Of a stretch of 64,000 nucleotides of DNA, positions 45,646-55,431 are shown piece after piece. The stretch is from Candidatus Zhuqueibacterota bacterium (GTDB lineage Bacteria > Zhuqueibacterota > Zhuqueibacteria > Thermofontimicrobiales > Thermofontimicrobiaceae). How positions within the stretch are numbered: the first letter of the stretch is position 1; each line of letters opens with the position of its first letter. The stretch is from the NCBI GenBank assembly GCA_049322915.1, contig JBMOPW010000014.1, positions 224,001 to 288,000 of the forward strand, read 5' to 3'. The position numbers and the translations under genes are program-made. The notes beneath the pieces were generated by a model. That model had not been told where the DNA came from. It searched no databases and saw nothing but the letters and a program-made list of their open reading frames with translations.

Positions 45646-48555
45646 ATGGGGGGAATCAATCGGTTTATGAGCAAGAATACTTCAATGAGCAAGAAAATTT
45701 TTATCCCGGCGATTTTTGGATCGGCCCTAATCATCCTGCTGTTCTTCGGTTATGCCAATCGAAACAAAATCAAATCCTTCGTGAAAAAGAACCCGACAAT
45801 TTACAGCCTCCTGCTCAGGGGAAAGCAAACCTTCGACGCTCATGCGCCGGAATGGCTGGCCGGAAAAAAGAATGTGCGCCATGATCTGCCTCAGGTGAAC
45901 ATTGTCGTGGATGCCGGCCAGGCGCTCGGCCCCATCGAGCCGTTTTGGGGCGGATTTGGTTATGACTTTTTCTACAGCGGCGCGACCCAACCGAAAAATC
46001 GCGCATTGTTCCGGCTGATAAAAGAGACGAATCGGGAGCGGAACGTTTTCACCTATTATCGGGCGCACAATATTTTCTCGGATAAAGATGCGCCCTCCGG
46101 CGAAGCATCCGGCGGGCAGGTCTATTCCGAAGACGCGGCCGGGAATCCGGTCTATTCCTGGGCGCGGGTGGACGCTGTATTCGATGTCATTCTCGACGCC
46201 GGCATGAAGCCCATTGTGGAACTTGGTTTTATGCCGGAGGCGCTCACCTCCGATCCCGGGCGTATTGGTGATTGGCGCGCCGCCAATGTGGCGCCGCCCA
46301 AAAATTATCGCAAGTGGCGAAATCTGGTCTTTGAAACCGTCAAGCACCTCGGGCAGCGATACGGCGCCGAGGAGGTAACCACCTGGTATTTCGAAGTGTG
46401 GAACGAACCGGATCTCTGGCACCATTTCTGGATCGCTCACCCTGAAAATCCGGACAAGTCGCACATCGAGGAATATTTAAAATTGTACGATAATACAGTG
46501 GACGGCGCGGTAGCCGCCAACAGTCAGATTAAAATTGGCGGTCCGGCCATTGCCGGCTGGGCCGATGTGTTCGAAACATTTTTGCGGCACACGAAAAGCG
46601 GGGAAAATTTCGTCACCGGGGAGAAAGGCTCCCGGATCGATTTTATCTCATTTCACAAATACGGCTACATCGAAGAAGATATTGTTCATGGCATAAAATT
46701 TTTAATGGATATTGCCCTTGCCGTGGATGAAAAGAAATTTTCGGAAATTCCATTCTTGCTGGATGAAACCGGTCCTTCGCCCCATTCGCGCGAGCCGTGG
46801 AAGAATTCATCCTTTGTGGCGGCGTGGTTGTGCAAATTTACAGATGCAATGTTGCATTTGGAGCAAACGTACGGACAGGCCTACCGGCCGGATGCGATAA
46901 TTTTCTGGGCGGATGTCGGTAAGAATTTTCACGAGGGATCCGGCTCGCTGGCAACCGCTGTCGGCGCTGATCTCAGCACGGTGATCAAAGGTCCGGTTTT
47001 CACCAGCTACGAGTTGCTCAGTCTCATGCAGGGCAACAGGATAGCATTCAGCGGCGCGGAATTTGGGGATTATGTCCATGGTTTCGCAGCGCGGCAGGCA
47101 GACCAGTCTGTCGATGTCCTCGTGTATAAAATCAATGACGCCAATCCCTATTACGACGTCCCAACCGAAGTGAAACTGGCCATTCACAATCTGCCATTCG
47201 ATCGCTATTATTTGAAATGCTACCGCATCGATGAAGAGCATGGTCATGCATTTCATGTCTGGCAAAACATGGGCGTACTGAAGGATATTTCAGAGGAACA
47301 GGTGCAGTTGCTCCAGGCCAGCGACGATCTGGAATTGTCCGAGCCAGTGAGCCAGGGCGCTGCGGCGCAGGGCCAATTTTCCCGGCAGATGACCGTTAAA
47401 AACAACAGCGTTGTTCTGTTGAAGCTATCGCGAGTCACAGATTTTGTCCGACCATTGGCTCCGACGCGATTGAGCGCTTCCTCCATCACGTCGACATCCA
47501 TCCACCTCGTCTGGAGCGAGCCGACTCGGGCCGAAGATGGCGAAATAGCGGATCACTATCAAATCTTTCGGAACGGCGCCTTCCTGGTCCCGACACACTC
47601 AACCGCGTTTACGGACCTGAATTTGACGGACGATTCCAATTACGAGTACACGATTTACTCGGTCGATGCCCAGGGCAACCGCTGCGATGCGCCGCTGAAC
47701 AGCGTTTTCAAAACGAAAAAAGATGGAATTGCTCCGGAAGTGACTTCCTTTTTTATGCCCGATGAAAAGACACTGACTGTCGATTTCAGCGAACCGCTCA
47801 ACCGGGAAATTATCGCGGAGAAATCGAACCTGTCCATCAGCGGCGGCGTTGCCATTGAAAAAATCAGCGTGGTCAATAATGGGGCAGGTCTGCAAATTAC
47901 CACGACGCCTCATGTCGTTGGGAACAACTATGTGTTGAATCTGGAACAGCTTGTCGATTGCGCCAAAAATCCGAATCATCTCAAAACCCCGCACTGGAAG
48001 TATCGATACACCGTGTCGTTCGAGGATAATTTCAGCAGCGATACCGGCGAAGAATATGAGTGGACCCACGAACACACGGAGGGAGGCGTGGGACAACATG
48101 CATTTGATGCTGCCGGCAGGCGGTTGAAAGTTGTATCAGGGGATGATGTCAGCGAGAAATTTTCCCACGCCGTGCCGGCCGCTGCATCCGGCAGTTTCGC
48201 TGTGACCTTTTTACCGCTGGAAAAATATCCGGATGGCGGCACGGTCATCCTGCGGCTGATGGAGGATGAAAATAATTATTATCAGGTGTCCAATACCGAT
48301 GGCTATGGCCCGGGAAAAGTCGAAAAAATCGTGGCCGGAAAGGTCGTGTCGTCCGCAAACTTCAGCATGGAATATGCTCAGGCTGTCTCTCATTTCATCC
48401 GTATTCTGTTCAGCCCTGAAAAAATCGAAGTGCGCGCATTCAACCAGAACGTGGCCATGTCGACTGATCCCACGAAAATTACGGTCAGGAAATTTGAAGT
48501 GGTGCTGGCCCAGCAGAATGCTTATTTCGATGATATTCAATACGAAGGAAGATAA
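45646..48555 (+). CDS. Membrane-anchored GH39-family glycosidase with FN3, Ig-like and C-terminal beta-sandwich domains
   Basis: N-terminal TM helix; YRAHNIF; GMKPIVELGFMP; WYFEVWNEPD (acid/base); KIGGPA; DFISFHKY; LLDETG (putative nucleophile); YRIDEEHG. Start may be ATG 45668 region or 45685. Confidence 0.85.
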   Translation: MGGINRFMSKNTSMSKKIFIPAIFGSALIILLFFGYANRNKIKSFVKKNPTIYSLLLRGKQTFDAHAPEWLAGKKNVRHDLPQVNIVVDAGQALGPIEPFWGGFGYDFFYSGATQPKNRALFRLIKETNRERNVFTYYRAHNIFSDKDAPSGEASGGQVYSEDAAGNPVYSWARVDAVFDVILDAGMKPIVELGFMPEALTSDPGRIGDWRAANVAPPKNYRKWRNLVFETVKHLGQRYGAEEVTTWYFEVWNEPDLWHHFWIAHPENPDKSHIEEYLKLYDNTVDGAVAANSQIKIGGPAIAGWADVFETFLRHTKSGENFVTGEKGSRIDFISFHKYGYIEEDIVHGIKFLMDIALAVDEKKFSEIPFLLDETGPSPHSREPWKNSSFVAAWLCKFTDAMLHLEQTYGQAYRPDAIIFWADVGKNFHEGSGSLATAVGADLSTVIKGPVFTSYELLSLMQGNRIAFSGAEFGDYVHGFAARQADQSVDVLVYKINDANPYYDVPTEVKLAIHNLPFDRYYLKCYRIDEEHGHAFHVWQNMGVLKDISEEQVQLLQASDDLELSEPVSQGAAAQGQFSRQMTVKNNSVVLLKLSRVTDFVRPLAPTRLSASSITSTSIHLVWSEPTRAEDGEIADHYQIFRNGAFLVPTHSTAFTDLNLTDDSNYEYTIYSVDAQGNRCDAPLNSVFKTKKDGIAPEVTSFFMPDEKTLTVDFSEPLNREIIAEKSNLSISGGVAIEKISVVNNGAGLQITTTPHVVGNNYVLNLEQLVDCAKNPNHLKTPHWKYRYTVSFEDNFSSDTGEEYEWTHEHTEGGVGQHAFDAAGRRLKVVSGDDVSEKFSHAVPAAASGSFAVTFLPLEKYPDGGTVILRLMEDENNYYQVSNTDGYGPGKVEKIVAGKVVSSANFSMEYAQAVSHFIRILFSPEKIEVRAFNQNVAMSTDPTKITVRKFEVVLAQQNAYFDDIQYEGR

Positions 48556-48560
48556 GTCGT

Positions 48561-48593
48561 GGCGGGATTTTCCATTGTCCTGGGAATCCCGCC
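48561..48593 (+). terminator. GC-rich hairpin GGCGGGATT...AATCCCGCC just after the GH39 stop
   Basis: 9-bp perfect stem with no clear U-tract. Confidence 0.35.
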
Positions 48594-48750
48594 TGTCGTG
48601 ATCCAATGAGCCGGTCGCTCACTCCGCCTCTGCAATAGAATGCTCGCCTGTAACCCGGCAATGATTGACAATGGAAATTTTCTCCAATTTTCAATTCCGG
48701 CAGGGATGACTTAACGTTCAGTTTCAGAAAGACGATTCAGGGAGAGTTTT

Positions 48751-51700
48751 ATGGATTCAAACATCAAACGCTTCATCGTTTTCTTGATCATCACGATCTT
48801 ACTGGCATTCGCAGCAATCGAAGTTCAACTATCGGCCCAGGCATTGAATCGCGGATCGACGCCTCTGCCCGGGGAACAGGGAAAAGGCGGTTCGCAGCGG
48901 TACGTATGCCGCGTGAACGTTGGGGGCTCGATCCTGGTGGACATTCAGGGCAATGAGTGGCAGGCCGATCATATTTATCGCAATGGAGGATTCGGGTATC
49001 TCGGCGTTGGGGGAACCTATGAAACCCCCAATGCAATCAGCGGGACCGATAATCAGAAAATTTATAAAACGGAGCGGTATCAACTTTTTGGGTATCGATT
49101 CGACGTCCCCAATGGCGACTATGAAATTATCCTGCACTTCGCTGAAATTTATCATCAGAAAAAGGGACAGCGGCTGATGGATATTTTCATTGAAGATAAA
49201 TTGGTGGAGCAAAACCTGGATATTGTCGGGCGCGTTGGGCCATTGGCCGCGCTGCGTCTAGCGTACAGCACCAAGGAACTTGGCATCCCGATTCGGGATA
49301 ATCGCATTGACATAAAACTTAAAAATATTAAGGATGATACAAAGCTATCGGGAATTGAAGTCATTCAGTTGCCGGAACAACCGGAACTGCTGCAGGTACA
49401 ACCGGCGACGCTCGATTTTGGAACGACGCTGCAAGCGCTTTCTCTCGAAGTAAAGAATATCGGCACGACAGCCACGAATTGGGTCATCGATCAAAATTCG
49501 CTGCCGAACTGGATTCGCGTTCAATCGCCAAAGTCTGGCGATTTGGCCCCCGGCGGAACCGAGAAAGTTATGGTGACCATCGAGCGCAGCGCATTGAAAG
49601 GAGGAATGGCGCGCGGTGAAATTTCAGTTATTGCCGGCGAATCGTCCCTGAAGGTGCCGGTCAGCGCCATTGTCGCCGGGGCGGCTGCTGCGGAGATTCA
49701 GACAAAACTCATGAATTTCGAAAACGGACTCCGCCAACTCCCACTCATTTTTTCCAACCAGGGTGGGAAGGCGCTGGACTGGGTCATTGATAAATCATCC
49801 CTGCCGGCCTGGGTTGAGAGAGTGTATCCGGAACAGGGCCGCCTTGATCTGGAGCAGACAGCTACACTTAATGTGACAGTGAACCGCGCGACTTTGTCTG
49901 AGGGACAGCATCAGGCGAGTTTGACAATAAAATATCCCGGCGGCGCGGAACAGGTTCAACTGACCATCGCAGTCCCCCGACGCCATCCGCGAGTCCTTTT
50001 TGTCGATGCATCGGCGCGAGGCATGGCCAATGGCAAATCCTGGCAGAATGCATTTCGGACAATAAAAACAGCGATTCATACCGCCGGCTCCATCGGAAGC
50101 AACGAGTCGGTAGAGATTTGGGTTGCGCAAGGCATGTATTATGAATATGATATCCTCGTCACATCCGGCATTGAACTCTACGGCGGATTCAAAGGCGACG
50201 AAACAGTCAGAGAGGAGCGAATCCAGATCCGGTCGTTTCCGACGATCGTCGATGCCGGCAAGCGCGGTCGTTGTTTCGAGTGCCTGCATCGGAACGTGAT
50301 TGATGGTTTTGTCATTCAAAACGGCCGCGATTGGAAAGCTGGCGAAGGCAAGGGCGCTGGAATTCTGTCTTATGAAAACGATGTCAAAATCCGCAATAAC
50401 ATCATTCGGTATAATATCGATTCCTGGGCCGGCGCGCTGTTTGTGGAAGGTGATGATCTGTCCCGGCGCGTGGCCGGGCATTCTCCCCTCATCGAATTCA
50501 ATGTGTTGACTGAAAATTTCTCCAATTACTGCGCCGCTGCAATTGAGGTTCGCGGGAGCGCGGCCACCATCCGGAATAATACCATTGTCAATAATAATGG
50601 CTATGGTCTGGAAATCAATACTGTGCTGACCAATTTCAAACAGTACATTTTTGGCGACTATTATAACAATATCATCAGCGACAATTATCGGTTCCAAAGT
50701 AAAAATGATGTCTGGGCAGAGGCGCGAAAAGCCACGAACTACTGCTTTGTCGGAAAACAGTGGGATTTGCGCGGGGACTTTCCGCCCTACAGTCACGGGG
50801 CAGGCAATATTTTCGGCGATGTCACCGGGAAAATTCCCGGCTTTGTTGATCCTGAAAAAGGTGATTACCGGTTGTTGGAGAATTCCGCGTGCATCGATGC
50901 CGGCCACCCATCGCGGGGCGCCGATGCTGACGGGTCTCCCGCCGATCTGGGCGCTTTTCCATTCAACAAAGTGCGGACGGATTTGCAAATCGAACCGATG
51001 AACGTGAATTTCGGATCGAAAAGTCGCATCGAGACAGTGACCATTTCGGCCTCTGGCGGAAAGACAGTCCATTGGCGCGCAGCAGTATTTTCCAGCGTCG
51101 GCGATTGTTTCAGCGTTGAACCCGGCGAAGGGACGATGAAAAATGGGCAGAAGACCAATGTCCACATTTCCGTGAATCGCGATCAACTGGCCGATGGCAG
51201 ATACACAGGATATTTTTCAATCATGACGGACGATCGCAGTTATGAGGCAGAGCTCGCTTTTCTGGTCAATAACCAATCGCCTGAAATTGAGTTGCAAAAG
51301 ACATCCATTGTAATCAATGCGGAATTGCAGGGCCCGAATCCGAAAAATGAACAGGTGATGGTCATTAATACCGGCCAGGGCGATTTGATCTGGCAGGCGG
51401 AAAAGGTGGGGCCCAGCGACTGGCTACACCTGGACAATGCGAACGGCGCGAGCAGAGATGAAATGATCATTCGTTTTTCGCCATCCCACCTGGGGTACGG
51501 CGATTATAGCGAGCATATCCTTGTCTATCCGCGTCAATTGCCGCAGTTTTCGGTCCGGATACCGGTCACGCTGCACATGAAGCCGGGAAAATTTTTCCAG
51601 GAGATCGAAGCGGAATACAGCATAGCGCCGGCGAAGACTGGCTGGACTGTGGCCAATAATGATGGGGCTGTGTGCATGCAGTCGATTGTCGCCTCTCTGG

Positions 51701-52077
51701 ATTCTCCAAATCCGATGACGCGGCTGGATTATGAATTCACTGCCCCGGACGGCGTGGAATATGTCTATGTCTTTGCAGAGATCGATGTGAACCAGTCCCG
51801 CGAGAGCGACTCCTTCTGGTTTATGGTCAATGATTTTGATCCGTGTTTGTGGGATCATGTCAATTATCAAACCGATGGCTGGACCCGGGCCTGGGTGTAT
51901 CAGAAGTATCGGGATGATAAACACATGTTTGTCGTGAATCCCGGTAAAAACAGGCTGAATATGTTCACCCGCGAAACCGGCGGTTTCATCAACTGGATGG
52001 TCATCACCAATGACCCGGATGTGGATATTCGCTCCTATCGATTTGGACGCGGCAGCACCAATCCACCAGCCAAATGA
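48751..52077 (+). CDS. Secreted multidomain protein: malectin, BACON/Ig repeats, right-handed beta-helix and C-terminal CBM-like domain
   Basis: Signal peptide; malectin motifs (RVNVGG, WQAD, IYKTERY, YRFDVPNGDYEIILHFAEIY); FVDASARGMANGKSWQNAFRTI; IRNNIIRYN; GDYRLLENSACIDAG...DLGAF. Confidence 0.75.
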   Translation: MDSNIKRFIVFLIITILLAFAAIEVQLSAQALNRGSTPLPGEQGKGGSQRYVCRVNVGGSILVDIQGNEWQADHIYRNGGFGYLGVGGTYETPNAISGTDNQKIYKTERYQLFGYRFDVPNGDYEIILHFAEIYHQKKGQRLMDIFIEDKLVEQNLDIVGRVGPLAALRLAYSTKELGIPIRDNRIDIKLKNIKDDTKLSGIEVIQLPEQPELLQVQPATLDFGTTLQALSLEVKNIGTTATNWVIDQNSLPNWIRVQSPKSGDLAPGGTEKVMVTIERSALKGGMARGEISVIAGESSLKVPVSAIVAGAAAAEIQTKLMNFENGLRQLPLIFSNQGGKALDWVIDKSSLPAWVERVYPEQGRLDLEQTATLNVTVNRATLSEGQHQASLTIKYPGGAEQVQLTIAVPRRHPRVLFVDASARGMANGKSWQNAFRTIKTAIHTAGSIGSNESVEIWVAQGMYYEYDILVTSGIELYGGFKGDETVREERIQIRSFPTIVDAGKRGRCFECLHRNVIDGFVIQNGRDWKAGEGKGAGILSYENDVKIRNNIIRYNIDSWAGALFVEGDDLSRRVAGHSPLIEFNVLTENFSNYCAAAIEVRGSAATIRNNTIVNNNGYGLEINTVLTNFKQYIFGDYYNNIISDNYRFQSKNDVWAEARKATNYCFVGKQWDLRGDFPPYSHGAGNIFGDVTGKIPGFVDPEKGDYRLLENSACIDAGHPSRGADADGSPADLGAFPFNKVRTDLQIEPMNVNFGSKSRIETVTISASGGKTVHWRAAVFSSVGDCFSVEPGEGTMKNGQKTNVHISVNRDQLADGRYTGYFSIMTDDRSYEAELAFLVNNQSPEIELQKTSIVINAELQGPNPKNEQVMVINTGQGDLIWQAEKVGPSDWLHLDNANGASRDEMIIRFSPSHLGYGDYSEHILVYPRQLPQFSVRIPVTLHMKPGKFFQEIEAEYSIAPAKTGWTVANNDGAVCMQSIVASLDSPNPMTRLDYEFTAPDGVEYVYVFAEIDVNQSRESDSFWFMVNDFDPCLWDHVNYQTDGWTRAWVYQKYRDDKHMFVVNPGKNRLNMFTRETGGFINWMVITNDPDVDIRSYRFGRGSTNPPAK

Positions 52078-52530
52078 CAGTTGTCGGCGGAGAAAATTAC
52101 ACAGTACAAAGGCGATTGCCTGATCCATGCACAGACTGAAGTGGAGAACAGAGATGTATCCGCTTCGGTCTTGCGCAATGCGCGCGTCGGAGCGAATGTG
52201 GGGTCAAAAGAGTAGCCTGCCCTTTCGTTGGGATTTCGTTTGTACCCGACTTTAAATTGAAATTCTGTAAATTCCAAAATAACTTTCCAAATCACAAGTA
52301 AATACAGCTAACCAAATTTCAATTTTCAAATTGACATCATGTTTTGAGTGAGTTTTGTATTTGAAGGTTGGTACTTACAAATTCATTTAGTAGGATAGGC
52401 TGTAGATTAACTCTATCTTCTTGGACTTCTTCTCCCACCCTGGCCGATTTTATGCCGCTCGGCCCGAACGATCATCCAGGGTGCTCCTCGGAATCTCTTC
52501 ATATTTCTGGAACCACGCTAAAAAAACTGT

Positions 52531-52558
52531 TTGAAAAACGAAAATAGTTTGTTATCTT
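52531..52558 (+). promoter_or_regulatory. Candidate sigma70 promoter (TTGAAA-16 bp-TATCTT with extended -10 TG)
   Basis: About 55 bp upstream of the carbamoyltransferase ATG. Confidence 0.35.
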
Positions 52559-52612
52559 TTAGCCATAATTTTTTCAAATGAAAATCCCGGCCAGTTCAAT
52601 CCAGGTGAATGA

Positions 52613-54427
52613 ATGTACATATTAGGAATATCAGCGTATTATCATGACAGCGCTGCCTGTCTGGTGAAGGATGGTGAAATCCTTGCAGCGGCGCAGGAAG
52701 AGCGGTTCACCCGAAAGAAACACGATTTCAATTTTCCGGCTTGTGCAATCGAGTACTGTCTGAATTCCGAGAAAATAACAGCGAGCGATTTGGAGTACGT
52801 CGCCTTTTACGACAAGCCCTTTGTGAAATTTGAGCGATTGCTGGAAAGCTATCTGACCTATGCGCCGAAGGGAATACGCTCCTTCATCAAAGCCATGCCG
52901 ATCTGGCTGAAACAGAAACTTTGGACAAAAGAGCTGTTGAAAAATGACCTGGGGTATGAAGGCCCGGTGATTTTTCCGGAGCATCATCAATCCCACGCCG
53001 CTTCGGCGTTCTTCCCGTCGCCGTTTCAGAACGCTGCATTTTTGACTATCGACGGCGTCGGCGAATGGAACACCACGACGTTCGGTTTCGGCGAGGGCAA
53101 TCGAATCGAAATTCTCGCTGAATTGAATTTTCCTCATTCACTGGGATTGCTCTATTCCGCCTTCACTTACTTTACCGGTTTCAAAGTGAATTCCGGCGAA
53201 TACAAACTGATGGGGCTGGCTCCCTACGGCGAGCCGAAATATGTTGATACCATTTTGAATGAACTGATCGACTTGAAGCAGGATGGTTCCTTCAAAATGA
53301 ATATGGATTATTTCAACTATTGTGTGGGCCTCACGATGACCAGTCCAAAAATGAACGCGCTGTTCGATGGCCCGCCCAGAAAATCAGAATCGCAAATCAC
53401 CCGGCGCGAGATGGACATCGCCCGTTCAATCCAGGATGTCACGGAAGAGATCATGCTGCGGATGAGCCGGCACGTTCATGCCAGTACCGGGAAAAAGAAA
53501 TTGGTTCTGGCTGGCGGCACGGCATTGAACTGCGTTGCCAACGGACGAATACTGCGGGAAGGTCCGTTCGAAGATATCTGGATTCAGCCGGCAGCCGGCG
53601 ATGCCGGCGGCGCCATTGGCGCGGCGCTGTTCACGTGGTATCAGTATCTGGAAAATGAGCGGAACGTGAATGACATGCATGATTTGCAGAAATCATCCTA
53701 TCTTGGCCCGGAGTTTTCCGAGGAGGAAATCGCGACGTTTTTGAATGAACAGCACATCCCGCATACGCGAATTTCCAGCGAAGAAATTCCCGGCGCCGTG
53801 GCGCAACTCATCAATGCCGAAAAAGTGGTCGGTTGGTTTCAGGGTCGGATGGAATTTGGCCCGCGCGCCCTGGGCAGCCGGAGTATTATCGGCGACGCGC
53901 GTTCCCGGAATATGCAGTCCACCATGAACCTGAAAATCAAGTATCGGGAGTCGTTCCGTCCGTTTGCGCCGAGCGTGTTGAGCGAGCATGTCTCCGATTA
54001 TTTTGAAATCGACCGCGAGAGTCCGTACATGCTTTTGGTCGCTCCGGTCCGGGAAGAAAAACGGATTCTCCCACAGGCATCGGCGTCTCATCTGTTCGGA
54101 ATCGAAAAATTGAAGGTGCCCCGATCGGTTATCCCTGCGGTCACCCATGTTGATTATTCAGCGCGGATACAAACAGTCGACGCGAAGAACGGTCTTTACT
54201 ACGATATGATCAAGGCGTTCTATGACATCACAAAGTGCCCGGTGATTATTAATACCTCGTTCAACGTTCGGGGCGAGCCGATTGTGTGCAATCCTCAGGA
54301 TGCCTACACCTGTTTCATGCGGACAGAAATGGATTACCTCATGCTGGGCAATTTCCTCCTGGACAAGGAGAAGCAGCCGGCCTTGCAGGAGGAAAAAGAT
54401 TGGCGGGCGGAATTTGAATTGGATTGA
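52613..54427 (+). CDS. O-carbamoyltransferase (NodU/CmcH/SxtI family)
   Basis: ILGISAYYHDSAA; AQEERFTRKKH; EHHQSHAASAF; TIDGVGE; SGEYKLMGLAPYG; AGGTALNCVANG; QPAAGDAGGA; EFGPRALGSRS; KYRESFRPFAP; NTSFNVRGEPIV. Confidence 0.95.
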   Translation: MYILGISAYYHDSAACLVKDGEILAAAQEERFTRKKHDFNFPACAIEYCLNSEKITASDLEYVAFYDKPFVKFERLLESYLTYAPKGIRSFIKAMPIWLKQKLWTKELLKNDLGYEGPVIFPEHHQSHAASAFFPSPFQNAAFLTIDGVGEWNTTTFGFGEGNRIEILAELNFPHSLGLLYSAFTYFTGFKVNSGEYKLMGLAPYGEPKYVDTILNELIDLKQDGSFKMNMDYFNYCVGLTMTSPKMNALFDGPPRKSESQITRREMDIARSIQDVTEEIMLRMSRHVHASTGKKKLVLAGGTALNCVANGRILREGPFEDIWIQPAAGDAGGAIGAALFTWYQYLENERNVNDMHDLQKSSYLGPEFSEEEIATFLNEQHIPHTRISSEEIPGAVAQLINAEKVVGWFQGRMEFGPRALGSRSIIGDARSRNMQSTMNLKIKYRESFRPFAPSVLSEHVSDYFEIDRESPYMLLVAPVREEKRILPQASASHLFGIEKLKVPRSVIPAVTHVDYSARIQTVDAKNGLYYDMIKAFYDITKCPVIINTSFNVRGEPIVCNPQDAYTCFMRTEMDYLMLGNFLLDKEKQPALQEEKDWRAEFELD

Positions 54428-54433
54428 TCGCAG

Positions 54434-54841
54434 ATGAAGTCAAAACAATCGGTAACCACAAAGCAGTTAGTCACTTTCGGAATAGCATTTTCTTTATTTT
54501 TGGCACTGCTTGGCTATATTCAGTTTCGAAATGAAAATGAGTTGAGCTATAATTTTCTCTGGGGTGTGGCTATTTTAAATCTGGTGACGACACTGACCTA
54601 CCCCGGAGCCATCAAACCCCTGTATCGCGTTGCCATGTTCATCGCGCATATCCTGGGATGGGTGAATACTCGCCTGTTATTGGGATTGATTTATTACCTT
54701 GTGTTCACCCCAATTGCCATAGTCATTAAACTGACGGGCAGAGATCCTCTGGATCGGAAGTTCGACAGGAACGCGCCGACGTACTGGAAAACGAGAGAGA
54801 AGACCGAATCTCCCCGGGAGCGCTATCTGAAGCAATTTTAA
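54434..54841 (+). CDS. SxtJ-family membrane protein
   Basis: LVTFG; three TM helices; LGWVNTRLLLGLIYYLVFTPIA; GRDPLDRK; TYWK; C-terminal YLKQF; directly follows a carbamoyltransferase. Confidence 0.85.
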   Translation: MKSKQSVTTKQLVTFGIAFSLFLALLGYIQFRNENELSYNFLWGVAILNLVTTLTYPGAIKPLYRVAMFIAHILGWVNTRLLLGLIYYLVFTPIAIVIKLTGRDPLDRKFDRNAPTYWKTREKTESPRERYLKQF

Positions 54842-55292
54842 ATTGTGCCCCGGGGGAGGAAAACGCCTTGCTCGTCATTTTGCAGCAATGTCTTTGCGTC
54901 CGCTGTGATACGAATGCAAATCTGCATTCCGTGCGCGAAATTACATTGTGTGCGCAATCTGAAAAGAGCAATCTCTTCTGAAAAACACAATTGCTTCAAT
55001 TATAGGCTTCGTGTTCCAAAGTTGTCCCTCTTTATTTCCTGGCCTAAACCAAATATCCTCGTCGATGAACCATTGCGTCTGCTTCCCTCTTAACACTTAA
55101 AAAAGTAAAATTTAAGTAATCAAACTTTTTGCCGATAAAGAAGTGAGGGGTTTACATTTATTTCCCCTGGCTATTGATTGAATATTGGACATTGTTTCGT
55201 ATTAGAACATAAAATCAGGTTTGCGGCGAAAATTAACCGCTGTAAGCTATTGAAATTAAAGTCTTATTTCATCAATGTTGAATGTCATTGTC

Positions 55293-55308
55293 TGGTATAA
55301 TATTTGCA
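55293..55308 (+). promoter_or_regulatory. Sigma54 (-24/-12) promoter TGGTATAATATTTGCA
   Basis: GG-N10-GC spacing with TTGCA. IHF-like TAAGCTATTGAAA at 55243-55255 and a TGT-N11-ACA box at 55193-55209 lie upstream. Confidence 0.6.
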
Positions 55309-55431
55309 CAATGGGGGATTGTCTCAGTTAATGTGTTAATAAATCTGTTCCTATTAATTCATTAGAAAGAAGCTGAGACAGTAGTGAGGTTCAGGCTCTA
55401 ATTTTTGCTCAAATTAATGAGGAGGTTTATA

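Noticed and set aside
49795..51186. 463-aa minus-strand ORF (also 14805-15743, 45727-46464 and other antisense ORFs)
   Set aside because: They lie antisense to well-supported plus-strand genes and show no recognisable motifs; treated as shadow ORFs.
52613..54841. Saxitoxin gene cluster (sxtI/sxtJ)
   Set aside because: No sxtA, sxtG or other toxin genes; these families are widespread in glycan contexts.
55030..55080. GGCCTAAACC resembling part of a c-di-GMP-I riboswitch
   Set aside because: The required upstream GGCAAACC/GAAA/GACGCAAAGC elements are absent.
54845..55093. 82-aa ORF after sxtJ as a possible SxtK
   Set aside because: GTG start, no hydrophobic helix or SxtK-like motif, and it overlaps apparent regulatory palindromes.
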